Notes: generated from the sequence alone by a model not told the origin. A DNA stretch of 64,000 nt from Octopus vulgaris (GCA_951406725.2 OX597815.1:91140001-91204000), one strand, 5' to 3'. Positions 1 through 11,577 are shown, counted from the first letter of the stretch. Translations and numbers: made by a program.

Positions 1-2
1 TC

Positions 3-161
3 CAAAACAAAATTAGACAATACAACGCTGCACTACAGTTGACATCATTTGGAGCCACAAGAGATTTAACTGAGTCAGGTTTCATGCAAACTTTCAAGAT
101 CCAAGGTCAGGTTTATCATCGAATTGGTTCTCTACTACCTCTGTCAAATGAATCACCAAAA
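3..161 (+). mobile_element. Helitron Rep/Helicase N-terminal fragment (runs off the window start)
   Basis: Frame from nt 3 reads QNKIRQYNAALQLTSFGATRDLTESGFMQTFKIQGQVYHRIGSLLPLSNESPK, matching the Helitron motif IRxYNxAxxxTSxG...TFKIQGQVYHRIGSLLP; stops shortly after. Confidence 0.85.
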
Positions 162-830
162 CCGGCCTTTCATTGTTTATAATCTATATATGCACATGCA
201 TAAATATATCTACGTAAAGCGAAACAAGAGTATATAAACATAGGCGCATAAGTGCTCTTAAATACGCATATATACATACACCTTCGCGTACTCATATTTG
301 AGTGAATATACATGTATAAATACTATTATCACCAGTATATAAATTTTACAGCCCTTCGAGTTGTAACTAGCTTGATAAGTGCCAGCACACGAAGCTCTCA
401 ACCTTTGAGTCATTCTGTTGTTTCTGTTAAATATTAAGAAAAAAGAGTATGTGTGTATGAGAAAGTGTGAGTGTGCGTTTGCAACCGCACATGTAGATGA
501 CTACACACATACATCCAGATGTATATACATATATACGTTCAGAAGCAAGTATATGTGAATATATACACACATTGATACATAATACATGCGCATACATGCA
601 TATAAGTATACAAACGTAAACTAATGCAAAAATTACCTGAGGAAATATGCATGTTGAATTAATGGGATCCATAGAGTCTATGGATATTATAAATAATATT
701 TAATGATATCCTATGGATATGGTGAGGTGGTCTCATAAAAACACACGTCATGCCGAAACATGTGTAGCAATGTATTAACAAAAATATAAAATCGCCATCT
801 GTGAAGTACTTCTAGCTATAGATAGAACGG

Positions 831-831
<1 letters not shown>

Positions 832-915
<84 letters not shown>
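832..915. repeat. (GATA)n microsatellite
   Basis: Perfect AGAT tandem run. Confidence 0.98.
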
Positions 916-916
<1 letters not shown>

Positions 917-1191
917 TGCAGTTTTTACTGGTTGTAAAGCCCACGTCTTGAATTTTTTTAAACCATAGTTTGTACCTATTAAACTGCTTTTTCAAATCCG
1001 TTCACCTTAGTCACTTAGTCATTTGTCATATCTCTGAAATCCCTTTAATTCCATGGCCTCCGGTCAACTTCAAGTCTTATGAGAGAAACTGAGTAAACGG
1101 AAGCACAATGTGATGTTGATGCCCGAGGTTTATGCTAACAATATAAATGTCTCATGAGTCCCTAGCTGCTTACATTATAATTTAGTAAGTA

Positions 1192-1192
1192 C

Positions 1193-1258
<66 letters not shown>
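1192..1258. repeat. (TA)n microsatellite
   Basis: Direct reading. Confidence 0.97.
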
Positions 1259-1260
<2 letters not shown>

Positions 1261-1436
1261 CGTTTAAATACTTGTTGTGCAAGATTTTTTATGTGAAGTC
1301 GTGTGTTGAAACAGATATTGTTATATTTCGGAATGGTCATATTGCCAGTTTAGCCAATAAAAACACACGCACTATATATTTGGTGTTATTTTGCTTCAGT
1401 GATATTTATTTTTTACATTAATCTTAATCTTATTTC

Positions 1437-1481
1437 GGCCAGAGTTCTTTCGTCACACTCCTGTGACCGCATCAGTGGTCC
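1437..1481 (-). ncRNA. Hammerhead-ribozyme-like motif (type I, variant core), left arm of IR1
   Basis: Minus strand GGACCA-CUGAUGCG-GUCACA(GGAG)UGUGAC-GAAA-GAAC-UC-UGGCC; stem I CCA/UGG, stem II 6 bp; core reads CUGAUGC rather than CUGAUGA. Confidence 0.45.
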
Positions 1482-2208
1482 TTTGTTTTCTTCTTTCGTA
1501 TTTATGTCTCTCCTTACTAACCGTCAGCCATTTTGTATTTCTATTGTATGTCTTCATTTGCGCATGCTTATATCTCTATGTGCGTCTATGTTTATTTAGT
1601 GTGTGTGTGGGGGGATGCCTGTAATATTTGTATCTTCTGTTTATATACATTCATGTAATTTGTATTTTGTTTTTGTTGTTGTTGCTTTTGTTCTAATTTT
1701 GTTCATGTGTTTACATCCACCCAATATTATCATTACATATGCTTGTATGTATGTATGTATAACAACAATATTAGTAATAATAAAAATAAATCTAATCGAA
1801 AAGAAAAAAAGAAAATCTAATCGAAAAAAAAATATATATATATATACACATATATATATGTGTATATATATGTGTATATATTTTTTTTTTTCGATTAGAT
1901 TTATTTTTATTATTACTAATATTGTTGTTATACATACATACATACAAGCATATGTAATGATAATATCGGGTGGATGTAAACACATGAACAAAATTAGAAC
2001 AAAAGCAACAACAACAAAAACAAAATACAAATTACATGAATGTATATTAACAGAAGATACAAATATTACAGGCATCCCCTCACACACACACTAAATAAAC
2101 ATAGACGCACATAGAGATATAAGCATGCGCAAATGAAGACATACAATAGAAATACAAAATGGCTGACGGTTAGTAAGGAGAGACACAAATACGAAAGAAG
2201 AAAACAAA

Positions 2209-2253
2209 GGACCACTGATGCAGTCACAGGAGTGTGACGAAAGAACTCTGGCC
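2209..2253 (+). ncRNA. Hammerhead-ribozyme-like motif (type I, variant core), right arm of IR1
   Basis: GGACCA-CUGAUGCA-GUCACA(GGAG)UGUGAC-GAAA-GAAC-UC-UGGCC; putative CUC cleavage triplet at 2246-2248, 2-bp stem III. Confidence 0.5.
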
Positions 2254-2494
2254 GAAATAAGATTAAGATTAATGTAAAAAATAAATATCACTGAAGCAAA
2301 ATAACACCAAATATATAGTGCGTGTGTTTTTATTGGCTAAACTGGCAATATGACCATTCCGAAATATAACAATATATATATATTTCTTTTGATTAAACAA
2401 CAGTCACACTCAAACTTGAATACAATAGGACATCTACAACGTGTATGTTTTCTCAGTTAACATGAGTCCTCCATCACCAACCATTATCTTGCGA

Positions 2495-2497
<3 letters not shown>

Positions 2498-2560
<63 letters not shown>

Positions 2561-2561
2561 A
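2498..2561. repeat. (TA)n microsatellite
   Basis: Direct reading. Confidence 0.97.
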
Positions 2562-3359
2562 TTAAATGTATGTATAGGCAATGTGAACACAGGAGTTTGT
2601 GTACGAGTATACTAATGTGCAGACAAGTGTATGTAAATGAGAGTGTATATACGTGAATATAGATGGTTATCTTCCATCTTTCCATCTTTTTCCTTCTTTT
2701 CTTCCTCTCATAATCCTGTGTCTTCAACAGATGTAAACCAAAACCACAGTAAGTTATAAACAGTACATTATAACAAACACGTAAATAAAACATTTAGAGA
2801 GTAACGGACATATTGCCATTGTACTTTCTCTCAGTGATTCAACTATTTGTGACTTGTATTATAGTTGTTGTTAGTTTTGATGTCGGTTGTATTGTTCTTT
2901 TTTTTTCATTTTTCACTACTGTTGTTATTCTTATTTCTTCTGTTCGTCGACGCAACACCTGTTAGTGTTTCTAGTAGCCATATTTCTTGAATTTTGGCTA
3001 ATATCACTTTTATAGTTGTAGTTTTTGCTAATCTAACTGTTAGAGGTGCTGTTTATAGCGTTGATGACTGTGGTGAACTTTAACTGTTTTTGTGTTTGTT
3101 CGGAAGGTCAAATGTGACCTACGATCAAATGCATCGCTCCTTCCTTGCACTTCTACGTCGTATTTCTATTCACATGCATATGCACTAAATGTACCCTTCC
3201 TTTTTTTTTTCGGTAATGCTCCTATTTCTTGTGCGTCTAGCAACCTCGTTGTGGCCTTTCTGTTCTCCGTAATTTTAGTTGACATTAGTGTTGCTATTGT
3301 AGTTATTGCTTCTGCCGCAATACTGTTGCAGCTGTTGTTGTTGCTGCTGCTGTTGTTGT

Positions 3360-4177
3360 GGATCTTTTCCTTTTGAACGGCACTTTGAAACATAATTTCT
3401 AGTTAACTAAACACTTTTAAACTTCGTATACTGGTAGAATGTGTTTATAAAACAATTTTTCTTGGCTTTATTGAGAAAATTCTATAAGTTGTAAGATATT
3501 TCGTCTGAAATTTCGAGCATTTCGGCAATTTTAACCAATCGCTGGAGTCCATTTAGGTAAACAACATTCCGTGCAGTATGAATATGTCTCTCCTTTACGA
3601 AACAGATTGGGTTTATTTACATTTGTGAAGAAAAAAAGATACCCTTCCTCAACCCCTAACCCTAACCCTGAATCTAAAATAGATTGAAATGCAATAGATC
3701 GATACTAGGGCCATAATTATGGGTGACATTTTCATTTGGCACCTAGAAAAGAATCCCATTTTCCGTAGCGGTGTTGTATGAAATTGTCACCCATAATTAT
3801 AACCCTAGTATCGATCTATTGCATTTCAATCTATTTTAGATTTAGGGTGAGAGTTAAGGTTAGGGTTAGAGTTAGGGTTAGGGGCGGGGAAGAGTATCTT
3901 TTTCTTCACAAATGTAAATAAACCCAATCTGTTTCGTAAAGGAGAGACATATTCATACAGCACGGAATGTTGTTTACCTAAATGGACTCCAGCGATTGGT
4001 TAAAATTGCCGAAATGCTCGAAATTTCAGACGAAATATCTTACAACTTATAGAATTTTCTCAATAAAGCCAAGAAAAAATGATGTTTTATAGACACATTC
4101 TACCAGTATACGAAGTTTAAAAGTGCTTAGTTAACTAGAAATTGTGTTGAAAAGTGCCGTTCAAAAGGAAAAGATCC
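3360..4177. mobile_element. Foldback/MITE-type non-autonomous DNA transposon with ~380-400 bp TIRs containing (TTAGGG)n-like repeats
   Basis: Starts GGATCTTTTCCTTTTGAACGGCAC and ends GTGCCGTTCAAAAGGAAAAGATCC; arms 3360-3735 and 3778-4177; flanked by GTTGTTGT at 3352-3359 and 4178-4185 (8-bp TSD, within a GTT run). GG termini and 8-9 bp TSD fit MULE- or Merlin-like superfamilies (inference). Confidence 0.9.
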
Positions 4178-4767
4178 GTTGTTGTTAAGCAACAAGACAG
4201 GTAAGGGTGATTAGGTGATGGTCTAGGGCTTAGGGGCGGGAGACCCCAGACCTTGGAAAAAGAAATCTTTGGTCGTCTTGTTGTAGTCGAGGGTTCTTCG
4301 TTGACGCCCGACACCGCTGGGAGGTGGCCCTCGAAGTCGCTGGAAATGGTGATCTCCAGGTCCAAATTCTTGAACAGCTAACTGTTGCAGCTGGAATAAT
4401 CAGCAATCACCTGATGTCATGATTCGCTAGAATATTTTCCACACGATCAAATTTGACTAATCACAACTTCACGGGAAAAAATATCACCTCGTGATCAGCA
4501 AAATCTGTACAACCACGACTTTGCGTGGAATAGGTTTCAGTGACAATTTCAATTGTCTTTTATTACTCTTCAACTCGTTCCCATCGTTGTTATTTTTGTA
4601 ACAGCAGCTTCCATTTTGCTGCCGCTGTGTTGATACTGTCGCGTAATTATAGGCTAGCTCTGATAAAACAGAACTGTGATCAACGGTGTTCTAGATCTGA
4701 CTGTTCCCGCCTTTTTCCAAAGTACAGTGAGCGCAGAATCACTTTATACACAGACATATTTTCCAAA

Positions 4768-5187
4768 GAGATAAGGTATGATATGAGGGAAATTTGGTGG
4801 CTATTTCTAGCACGTCAAACAACCACGTAGAGACCCCATTGCTGGCACCTTGTTAATGTTATTATTTGTTAATGATGATGATGATGATGATTCTAAACCC
4901 CAACACAACCCTAATCGAGGAAACCTATGTTCAAACTTATTCTGACCTTGATCAGCCCGCTTTCGTAAGATTGACTTGAAAGATCTACATTACATAAATA
5001 TGGGAAGAAAATTTCCATATTTAAGACGCTATAATGTTATACGAGAGAGATTTATCTGTTGTTTATTACAAGTCAAACAACTAGATAGGAATCCCATCCA
5101 CGTTATCCAACGCGTGTTTTACTAAGTCTTCATGGAAGGTGTTCTTTGAAAGTTATTCTGCTGCTATTTCTAAGAGATAGAGCGACT
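4768..5187 (+). repeat. Cluster of degenerate copies of an old dispersed repeat (GATTTGGCTGCTATTTCTAGCA-type motif)
   Basis: Motif variants at ~4790, ~5048 and ~5155 plus AACCCCA...CCCTAATCGAG...ACCTATG segment; same family at 12480-12720 and 45410-45600. Confidence 0.6.
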
Positions 5188-5309
5188 TTATAATATTCTC
5201 GATGCGATGACATCGAGAATATTATAACGACGATGTTAATGACGCTGTTATTATTTTCGTCGTTGTGTTCATTGCTGTCACGGCTGTTGTTGCTATCTCT
5301 TTAATCCAA

Positions 5310-7120
5310 GCAACGCAGGTGGCTCTTGACTACTTTTTATGACGAGAAAATCAATTCATTTCGTTAACACAGTAGAAAGCAGTGTTGCAATTTCTAATGC
5401 ATGATTTCTTAAAAGTATATATATTTCATTTATAGGTTCGGATTAACCCTTAAACTTGCTTAGAGCAATAAGAAGAAATGGGGTACAAAGTTTTGTTTCC
5501 AATGCCAGATTTATTCATCGAACATTATAACAGGTTTTGTTATTCTTTTTGAACACGGAAACACGTTGACCGTATTGAAAAACGTTAAAGAAATACTGTT
5601 AAACTGATACAAGCGTTATATCGATTGCTAAGGCATGTCTTCTCACTTCGGTAGGTTGAGGGATCTATCACATGGAATGAGTGGGCGGACGGATAGTTAG
5701 ATGTGCGAGCGTTTATGTTTGCCGATGTGGCATCAAACTGCATAAATTAGTGATCCAATAAATATACACCGATAAAATAAGTTCCAGGCAGAAATGAACA
5801 GGCTCAGTTATGGTCAGTCATAATCTTATGATTGAAACTAGTGAAAAAATATTCCAACATCGATTCTGTTTTCTGTTCTTTCAACGAGTGCTGGAAAATG
5901 TAACGTCTCAATGTTCGAATGTTTTCAGGTGAGTTACAAACAATCACAGCATTGACTCAAAGTTTTTGGTGTTGATACAAGGATTGAATCAGTGGTCCTG
6001 AGACACAGATTTGACCCTTATAATTTCAAACATGAATCATTTATCTGGTTAGTGATATTAGTAAAACTGCCAAATTCATATAAACATGTGTTGTCTTTGA
6101 TTCCACAATGTGAACGCCTTTAACATCATACAGAGTAATTTCATCTTACAGTTCTTAGAATTGCTTGAACATATTTTCTCTGTTTTGGCAATTTACATTC
6201 ATATTTCGAGATCCTTCAAAATGTCTTTAAATTCTATGTTCATTTCCTGTCTTTTATTGATTTAATGCATTTTGTGATCATTTTCATTACATTGTTATTC
6301 TAAGGGAGAATAAACCGAAAATTATATTGGTGACTAAAGAAATGACACTATTGAAGATATTAGAATCTGGCTGACAATTCACCAATTCTCTCTCGATTAA
6401 AGCATGTCCTTTTTGAAATCCGACTCTAGATTTAGCACCGACCATAACTGCACCACGATTAAATCAAAATAATTTATTGTTAATTTAACTTCAGAAAAAA
6501 AAAGACCTTCTCTGGTAGTTTCATATATCGAATTTAAGGCAAGTAAATTTCTATTCATTGATTTGCCAACCAATTTTTTCTCTTGTCTCGGATTTATTAT
6601 ATCTGTTGTCTCACCTTGCAACTATCGAATAAAACTCAATTTCAAGAAAACTTGAATAATATTAGCCATGTCTTTTATACGTTCAGAATTTATCCTCCTG
6701 ACAGCTAATCTACTCAATTTAACTTTTCTAGAGTTAAAATTTGTGCAATAGCATCATACGCTCTTTAAGAAATTCGCTTTAGATGTGCTCACATTGCAGA
6801 AGAATTTTCCTTAATAGGTTCCTTTTTAAAAAAGTAGATTGCTGTTTGCATAAAATTTCTTTTAGAAATGTCAGTTTGTTTAAATGCAAAGCTCGTTTCA
6901 GTTTTTTTTATTCTTTATGGTTGGCCAAATAATCATGTCCAATATTGCATGCTTTTTTAACTACAACAGAATCTTTATAAATTTGAAACATATACTTTCC
7001 ATTTATTTCTGTGGAAAAAAAAACAATTATCCACTCATTTTCTATTGAGCAAAGAATTTTCTCCGCTACCATTTTGTCTTTTCTTAAATCAAAACCATTA
7101 CAAAAGAGGTTACTTTTATG
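5310..7120 (-). pseudogene. Highly decayed hAT transposase (GTF2IRD2/Buster-Charlie-like)
   Basis: Minus-strand pieces in colinear order across stops and frameshifts: TEINGKYM..IYKDSVVVKK..NIGHDY, KQQSTF, EFLKERM, IKDMANNI, GETTDII, LLALNSIYETT, FTNITNQINDSCLKL*G, HFPAL, NHALEIATLLST, FSS*KVVKSHLR (hATC-like). Confidence 0.75.
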
Positions 7121-7554
7121 CCCTTTACAATATTGATTTAAAACCTTTAATTAAAATAGGCAACTGAACCATAAATGTTGCCAGCATTCGAAATCATTGC
7201 ACTTAATTTGCAATTACGTAGACGACAACTAACCTGGACAAAATTTAAATTCACACTGACTGCTTATCACAGACATCAATACCTAATCAGACAGAATAAA
7301 TTCCCACAAGCGATAAGAATTTGAGGTATTAAAGAGGAAGAACAAATGCTGAATAGTAATTGGTTGCAATAGTGATTATTACGTCATTACTCCATATGTA
7401 TTCCGACTCATTAATAATATCACAGGACAAATATTACTATTAAAAGCAATTTCTTTATGCTGTATGGAGTATTTAAAATAACTTAAATTGAATTATTCTT
7501 TTAGTCTTAAACTTAAAACTTTTTTTTAGGTAGGTGTCAAAGAACTTTCTTGGT

Positions 7555-7585
7555 GGGCGGATTCAAATTTGAACGCATGCGAAAA
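7555..7585. promoter_or_regulatory. Candidate promoter motif cluster (GC box, palindromic TTCAAATTTGAA, CGCATGCG)
   Basis: GGGCGG-A-TTCAAATTTGAA-CGCATGCG-AAAA contiguous in a CpG-retaining region; no transcript evidence. Confidence 0.25.
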
Positions 7586-8489
7586 TTTTCCTTCGGGCAA
7601 TCAGTTCCCTGCTCCACACTAAAACAAGATTAATTATAGTTGTCTTAAACATCAAAGAAACCAACACATACTGAAACCTTTGAGGTTATAATACTACTGT
7701 ATAACATTTCAAATAATTTAAATGCTTAATTCTCTTACATACTCTGATAGCAATAGTCATTTGCGAATCCATTATGTGGGCGTTCGATTTGATGGAATTC
7801 TAGTCACATTTCCTTCATTTACAGCCTGATTTTGCATGCGGGTGATCAGTTCCCTTCCAGTCAAGCAGTAATTCGGTGGAAGGACATGTAACAAGACTCG
7901 AAACCGAGTCGGCAAATTACGAAGTTTAAGTCATGACATAGCACAACCTTGTTCAAGTGAGAGGTCGAGTTATTTGCCAATCAACAGCCAGACTTCGCGT
8001 GATAGATAGCGCCGACTTTCAGAGTGCGTTATAATCTGCCGACTTGCTACACATACTCTCTTACCGTTTATAATAGTCATTTCTACGACTATCTGCTCAG
8101 CTTGGATACGTCGGTTTAGTTGACCGAAATGAATCTACTGTAGAATATATTTCCTGTCTTGACAAATCTCAGTATAGAGCTTTTGTAATCAACTATTTAT
8201 GAACACTACTGATTTATTCCTTCAATTGTGTCGACCTGTCTTGGAACTTTCTAATTCATGACCAATCTCGATATTACTTATGCGGTCAAATAAAAGTTAC
8301 TATTAAATGTTTGCTTGGTGTTGTTATATCATTCACACGCTGCTTCACATGCATACATACTAAGCAACAGATACATTAGATGATATAGCCCTAGATACAT
8401 CATTTCTGAACAAAATACTGGATGACTCGAATACCTTTACTCATGACTCTACTTAACCAGTGTTAATCTTGGTTAAACAATAACGTTGG

Positions 8490-8690
8490 AGCCTCGGCTT
8501 GATTGCTTGAATTACAAGAAATAGTAACCAAAATTACCTTCGTACCATCTTTAAAAAAAACGACGTACTTAAAAGTGTAGTCTATGATATACTGTGGCTG
8601 AGCAAACTAACGTAGTTGTTGCAGTTGAAATTCCTTTGATCATAAGTCTGTTCAAAGAGAGGTTACAGGAGTCTAATAAACAGCAACAAC
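8490..8690 (-). repeat. Old dispersed repeat, degenerate copy
   Basis: Reverse complement of the 12480-12720 family (CAAGAAATAGTAACCAAAATT...CCTTTGATCATAAGTCTG...AAACAGCAACAAC). Confidence 0.6.
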
Positions 8691-9927
8691 TAGTCAATTA
8701 TTTAACCTTTCATTTACTAAAGGGCCAATTACTATTGACCTCATACACTGAAATGTGCAGAGAGTGAATGGGATTTGTTGATGTTATCTTTAATAGTGGC
8801 CAAATTAACAGAAATTTAATCTGAAGGCTATCCACACAATTCACTTTGAGTTAAGCATATACACATACAAGAGTCTATTCATACATACAAATAATAGCAA
8901 CTCTGTGTGTGCGTGCGCGCGCACATGTATGTGTGTGTGTAAATACACACACTAACATTCAATGATTTCATATATCAGTACAAAACTAGAATTTCATAAT
9001 GAAGAGTATCATATCAACGATTAAATCTACTCAGAGTATATTACTACGATTTAATTTATTGACTCCAGAACCATGAAAGCCAAAGTTCGCCCCAGCTGTT
9101 ACTCTTCTTAATCTATCCCATCTTTCATACACACAAATGTGATATATTCATATATGTTTTATATAGATATACTTCAACAGTATGGCTACATACAAAAATA
9201 GGTAAAAATCTGCATCATGTTCACCTAGCAAAACTCCAGCAGTACCTTGATCGTGATACCTATAACAAACCAAATAACATTCATTTTTAGCATGTGTGTT
9301 TAAATTAGAAACCAACATGTATGTATGTATGTATGTATGTATGTATGTTCTCTTCAATTTTTAGTTATTTGAAGTATTTCTATAAGGAAGGAGTTGGTTT
9401 CTAACAAACACACGTTGGAATATAGATAACAAAAATAAATTAACATCTTACACTTGAGTAATGTTTCATATTTGCAGTTTTCCAGATTTTCCAGGCCGTC
9501 ACTTAGAAATTTACTAAGCAAACCAAGTACACCAGTAATTATTGTTATGTATGGAAACAAGAATATATGTATGCCTGTATGTATGCATTAATGTATGTGA
9601 TTATTCCGTTTTATTTCAAGATTTCTTACCAATAGAGAAAGTGCCGGTTTCTAACCTAGACCAAGGCTCCTTCATTCGAAATTTTAACATCAACAACAGG
9701 ATACTTTTGTATGTATGTATGTATGTATGTATATGTGCTGATTTGTGTTTTGTTTTATGTATGTATTCTCATGCATGTACTTGCATATCTAGACATGGTC
9801 GTATATAGTTAAAAAATAAACTTCTGGAAAGTTTTACAGATTTTTAGTTCCAGTAATGGATTGGATCTGTAATTTTCGAATCAGCTTTCTCCTTTCTGAT
9901 TTTGAGAAGTCTAGTTTCTCAAAAAAA

Positions 9928-10105
9928 TGTGTGTGTGTGTGTGTGTGTGTGTGTATGCGTGTATGTATGTATGTATGTATGCGTGTATGTATGTATGCAT
10001 GTATGCGTGTATGTATGTATGCGTGCATGCATGCATGCATGCATGCATGCATGCATGTATGTATGTATGTATGTATGTATGTATGTATGTATGTATGTAT
10101 GTATG
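9928..10105. repeat. Compound (TG)n/(TATG)n/(CATG)n microsatellite
   Basis: Direct reading. Confidence 0.97.
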
Positions 10106-10384
10106 ACTTCCTTTCTCCCACTCACTCTCTCTACCTCTCCTTCTCTCACTTGTCGATTTTGACATATGAGGTTCCGTCCGTTCAGTCAATTTACTCAACA
10201 CTTGTGTCTACAATGAGACGCAATAGTAATTAATATAAAATGAACAATTGAACCACTCATGCAATAATTCTATTGTAATGATGAAAAGTTGTGCACAACG
10301 ATCTATACCTTTTTTGGTCAAGTCGTTAACGCCAAGATGGTACAACATATTCCACAGACTTGGAGAGCGACAAAGCTTAGGTTT

Positions 10385-10551
10385 TTCCCCGCAACCTAGT
10401 GGTTCGGGGGAAAAAAGCTGACAGAATAAGTACCAGGCTTTACAAATTTAAAATAAGTACTGGGGTTGGTAAGTTCGACTATAAATTCTTCAAGGCGGTG
10501 CCACAGCATGGCCGCAGTCTAATAACTGAAACAAGTAAAATATAAAAGATA
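10385..10551 (+). mobile_element. SINE-A, 3' part
   Basis: GAATAAGTACCAGGCTT...AAGGCGGTGCCACAGCATGGCCGCAGTC...GAAACAAGTAAAA matches the tail of the full copies. Confidence 0.8.
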
Positions 10552-10565
10552 AACACGTACATATA

Positions 10566-10975
10566 GGCGTAAGAGTGGCTGTGTGGTAAGTAGCTTGCTT
10601 ACCAACCACATGGTTCGAGGTTCAGTCCCACTGCGTGGCACCTTGGGCAAGTGTCTTCAACTATCGCCTCGGGCCGACCAAGGCCTTGTGAGTGGATTTG
10701 GTAGACGGAAACTGAAAGAAGCCTGTCGTATATATGTATATGTGTATGTATGTGTATGAATATGTTTGTGTCTGTGATTGTCCCCCCAACATTGCTTGAC
10801 AATCGATGCAGGTGTGTTTACGTCCCCGTAACTTATCGGTTCGGCAAAAGAGACCGATAGAATAAGTACTAAGCTTACAAAAGAATAAGTCCTGGGGTCG
10901 ATTTGCTCGACTAAAGGCAGTGCTCCAGCATGGCCACATTCAAATAACTGAAACAAGTAAAAGAGTAAAAGAGTA
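10566..10975 (+). mobile_element. SINE-A: tRNA-derived octopus SINE with CORE-like segment and internal microsatellite, full length
   Basis: A-box-like TGGCTGTGTGG, B-box-like GGTTCAGTCCC, CORE-like CCTTGGGCAAGTGTCTT, internal TA/TG tract, (GTAAAAGA)n tail; at least 10 copies in the window. Confidence 0.92.
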
Positions 10976-11394
10976 CATACCAACTTCCAAGCATTATATT
11001 TCACCTGTAATGATTCAGACTGAAGGTAAAATACAGTAATTTCACCTATGCGTATATATCATTATGACCCCCGACTAGAAAGAGTTTGAAAAGGATACTG
11101 GGTACTAGGATACTACCCCTTCTACCCAAACTAGTAAACGGAGAAACGAATTTACTGCTGTTGCTATTGCTGCTTTCCTGAGGATGTGGGGAGAGTGTTT
11201 CTGTTACTAATTTTGCAGCCAAATTAAAAGACGTGGAGTCTAATCAGTGTTTATAGCTAACACATAGCCTTACCGCTTTCACATAAAATAATATATATTT
11301 CTAATAAAATATTCATTGCTTTCAGTTTTCATTTTACTTATTCAATATAAATATAACATTTTCTTTTTAAATAGGAAAGTCTAGTCTCGACACC

Positions 11395-11577
11395 TTCTCT
11401 CTTTCTCTCTCTCTCATACACACTCTCTCTCCCTCTCCTTCTGACTCTCTTTGATATATATATATGTGTGTGTGTGTGTATATATATATATACACATATA
11501 TATATATATATATTATATATGAATGTATATCATATCATTAAATATATATATGTATATATATTATATGTAGATGGATG

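Larger units (their letters stand above)
1262..2375. mobile_element. Long inverted repeat IR1 (~490 bp arms), probable Penelope-type inverted pLTR insertion
   Basis: 1315-~1810 is the reverse complement of ~1882-2375 with about 5 substitutions seen by eye (the ORF track shows mirror ORFs 1399-1599/2091-2291). TA/CA spacer; left arm has an extra unpaired tail 1262-1314; hammerhead-like motif on each arm. The IR is certain, the class is inferred. Confidence 0.75.

Noticed and set aside
745-772. GCCGAAACATGTGTAG resembling a hammerhead 3' half
   Set aside because: No CUGANGA or stem II partner upstream.
1399-2291. Mirror-image ORF pairs
   Set aside because: By-product of the inverted repeat; no protein-like features.
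3092-3376. Hydrophobic ORF resembling a membrane protein
   Set aside because: Hydrophobicity comes from T-rich and (CTG/TTG)n sequence; it ends inside the MITE TIR.
3654-3884. Telomere or chromosome-fusion site
   Set aside because: The short TTAGGG-like runs are internal to a TIR element with a TSD.
8060-8147. Possible minus-strand exon (TTCTACAG ... CG|GTAAGA)
   Set aside because: Only splice-like dinucleotide context; no homology or partner exon.
9638-9685. Minus-strand CGAAUGA-AGG-AGCCU..AGGUU-AGAAACCGG, hammerhead-like
   Set aside because: Core not CUGA, no stem I and no UH triplet; too degenerate to call.
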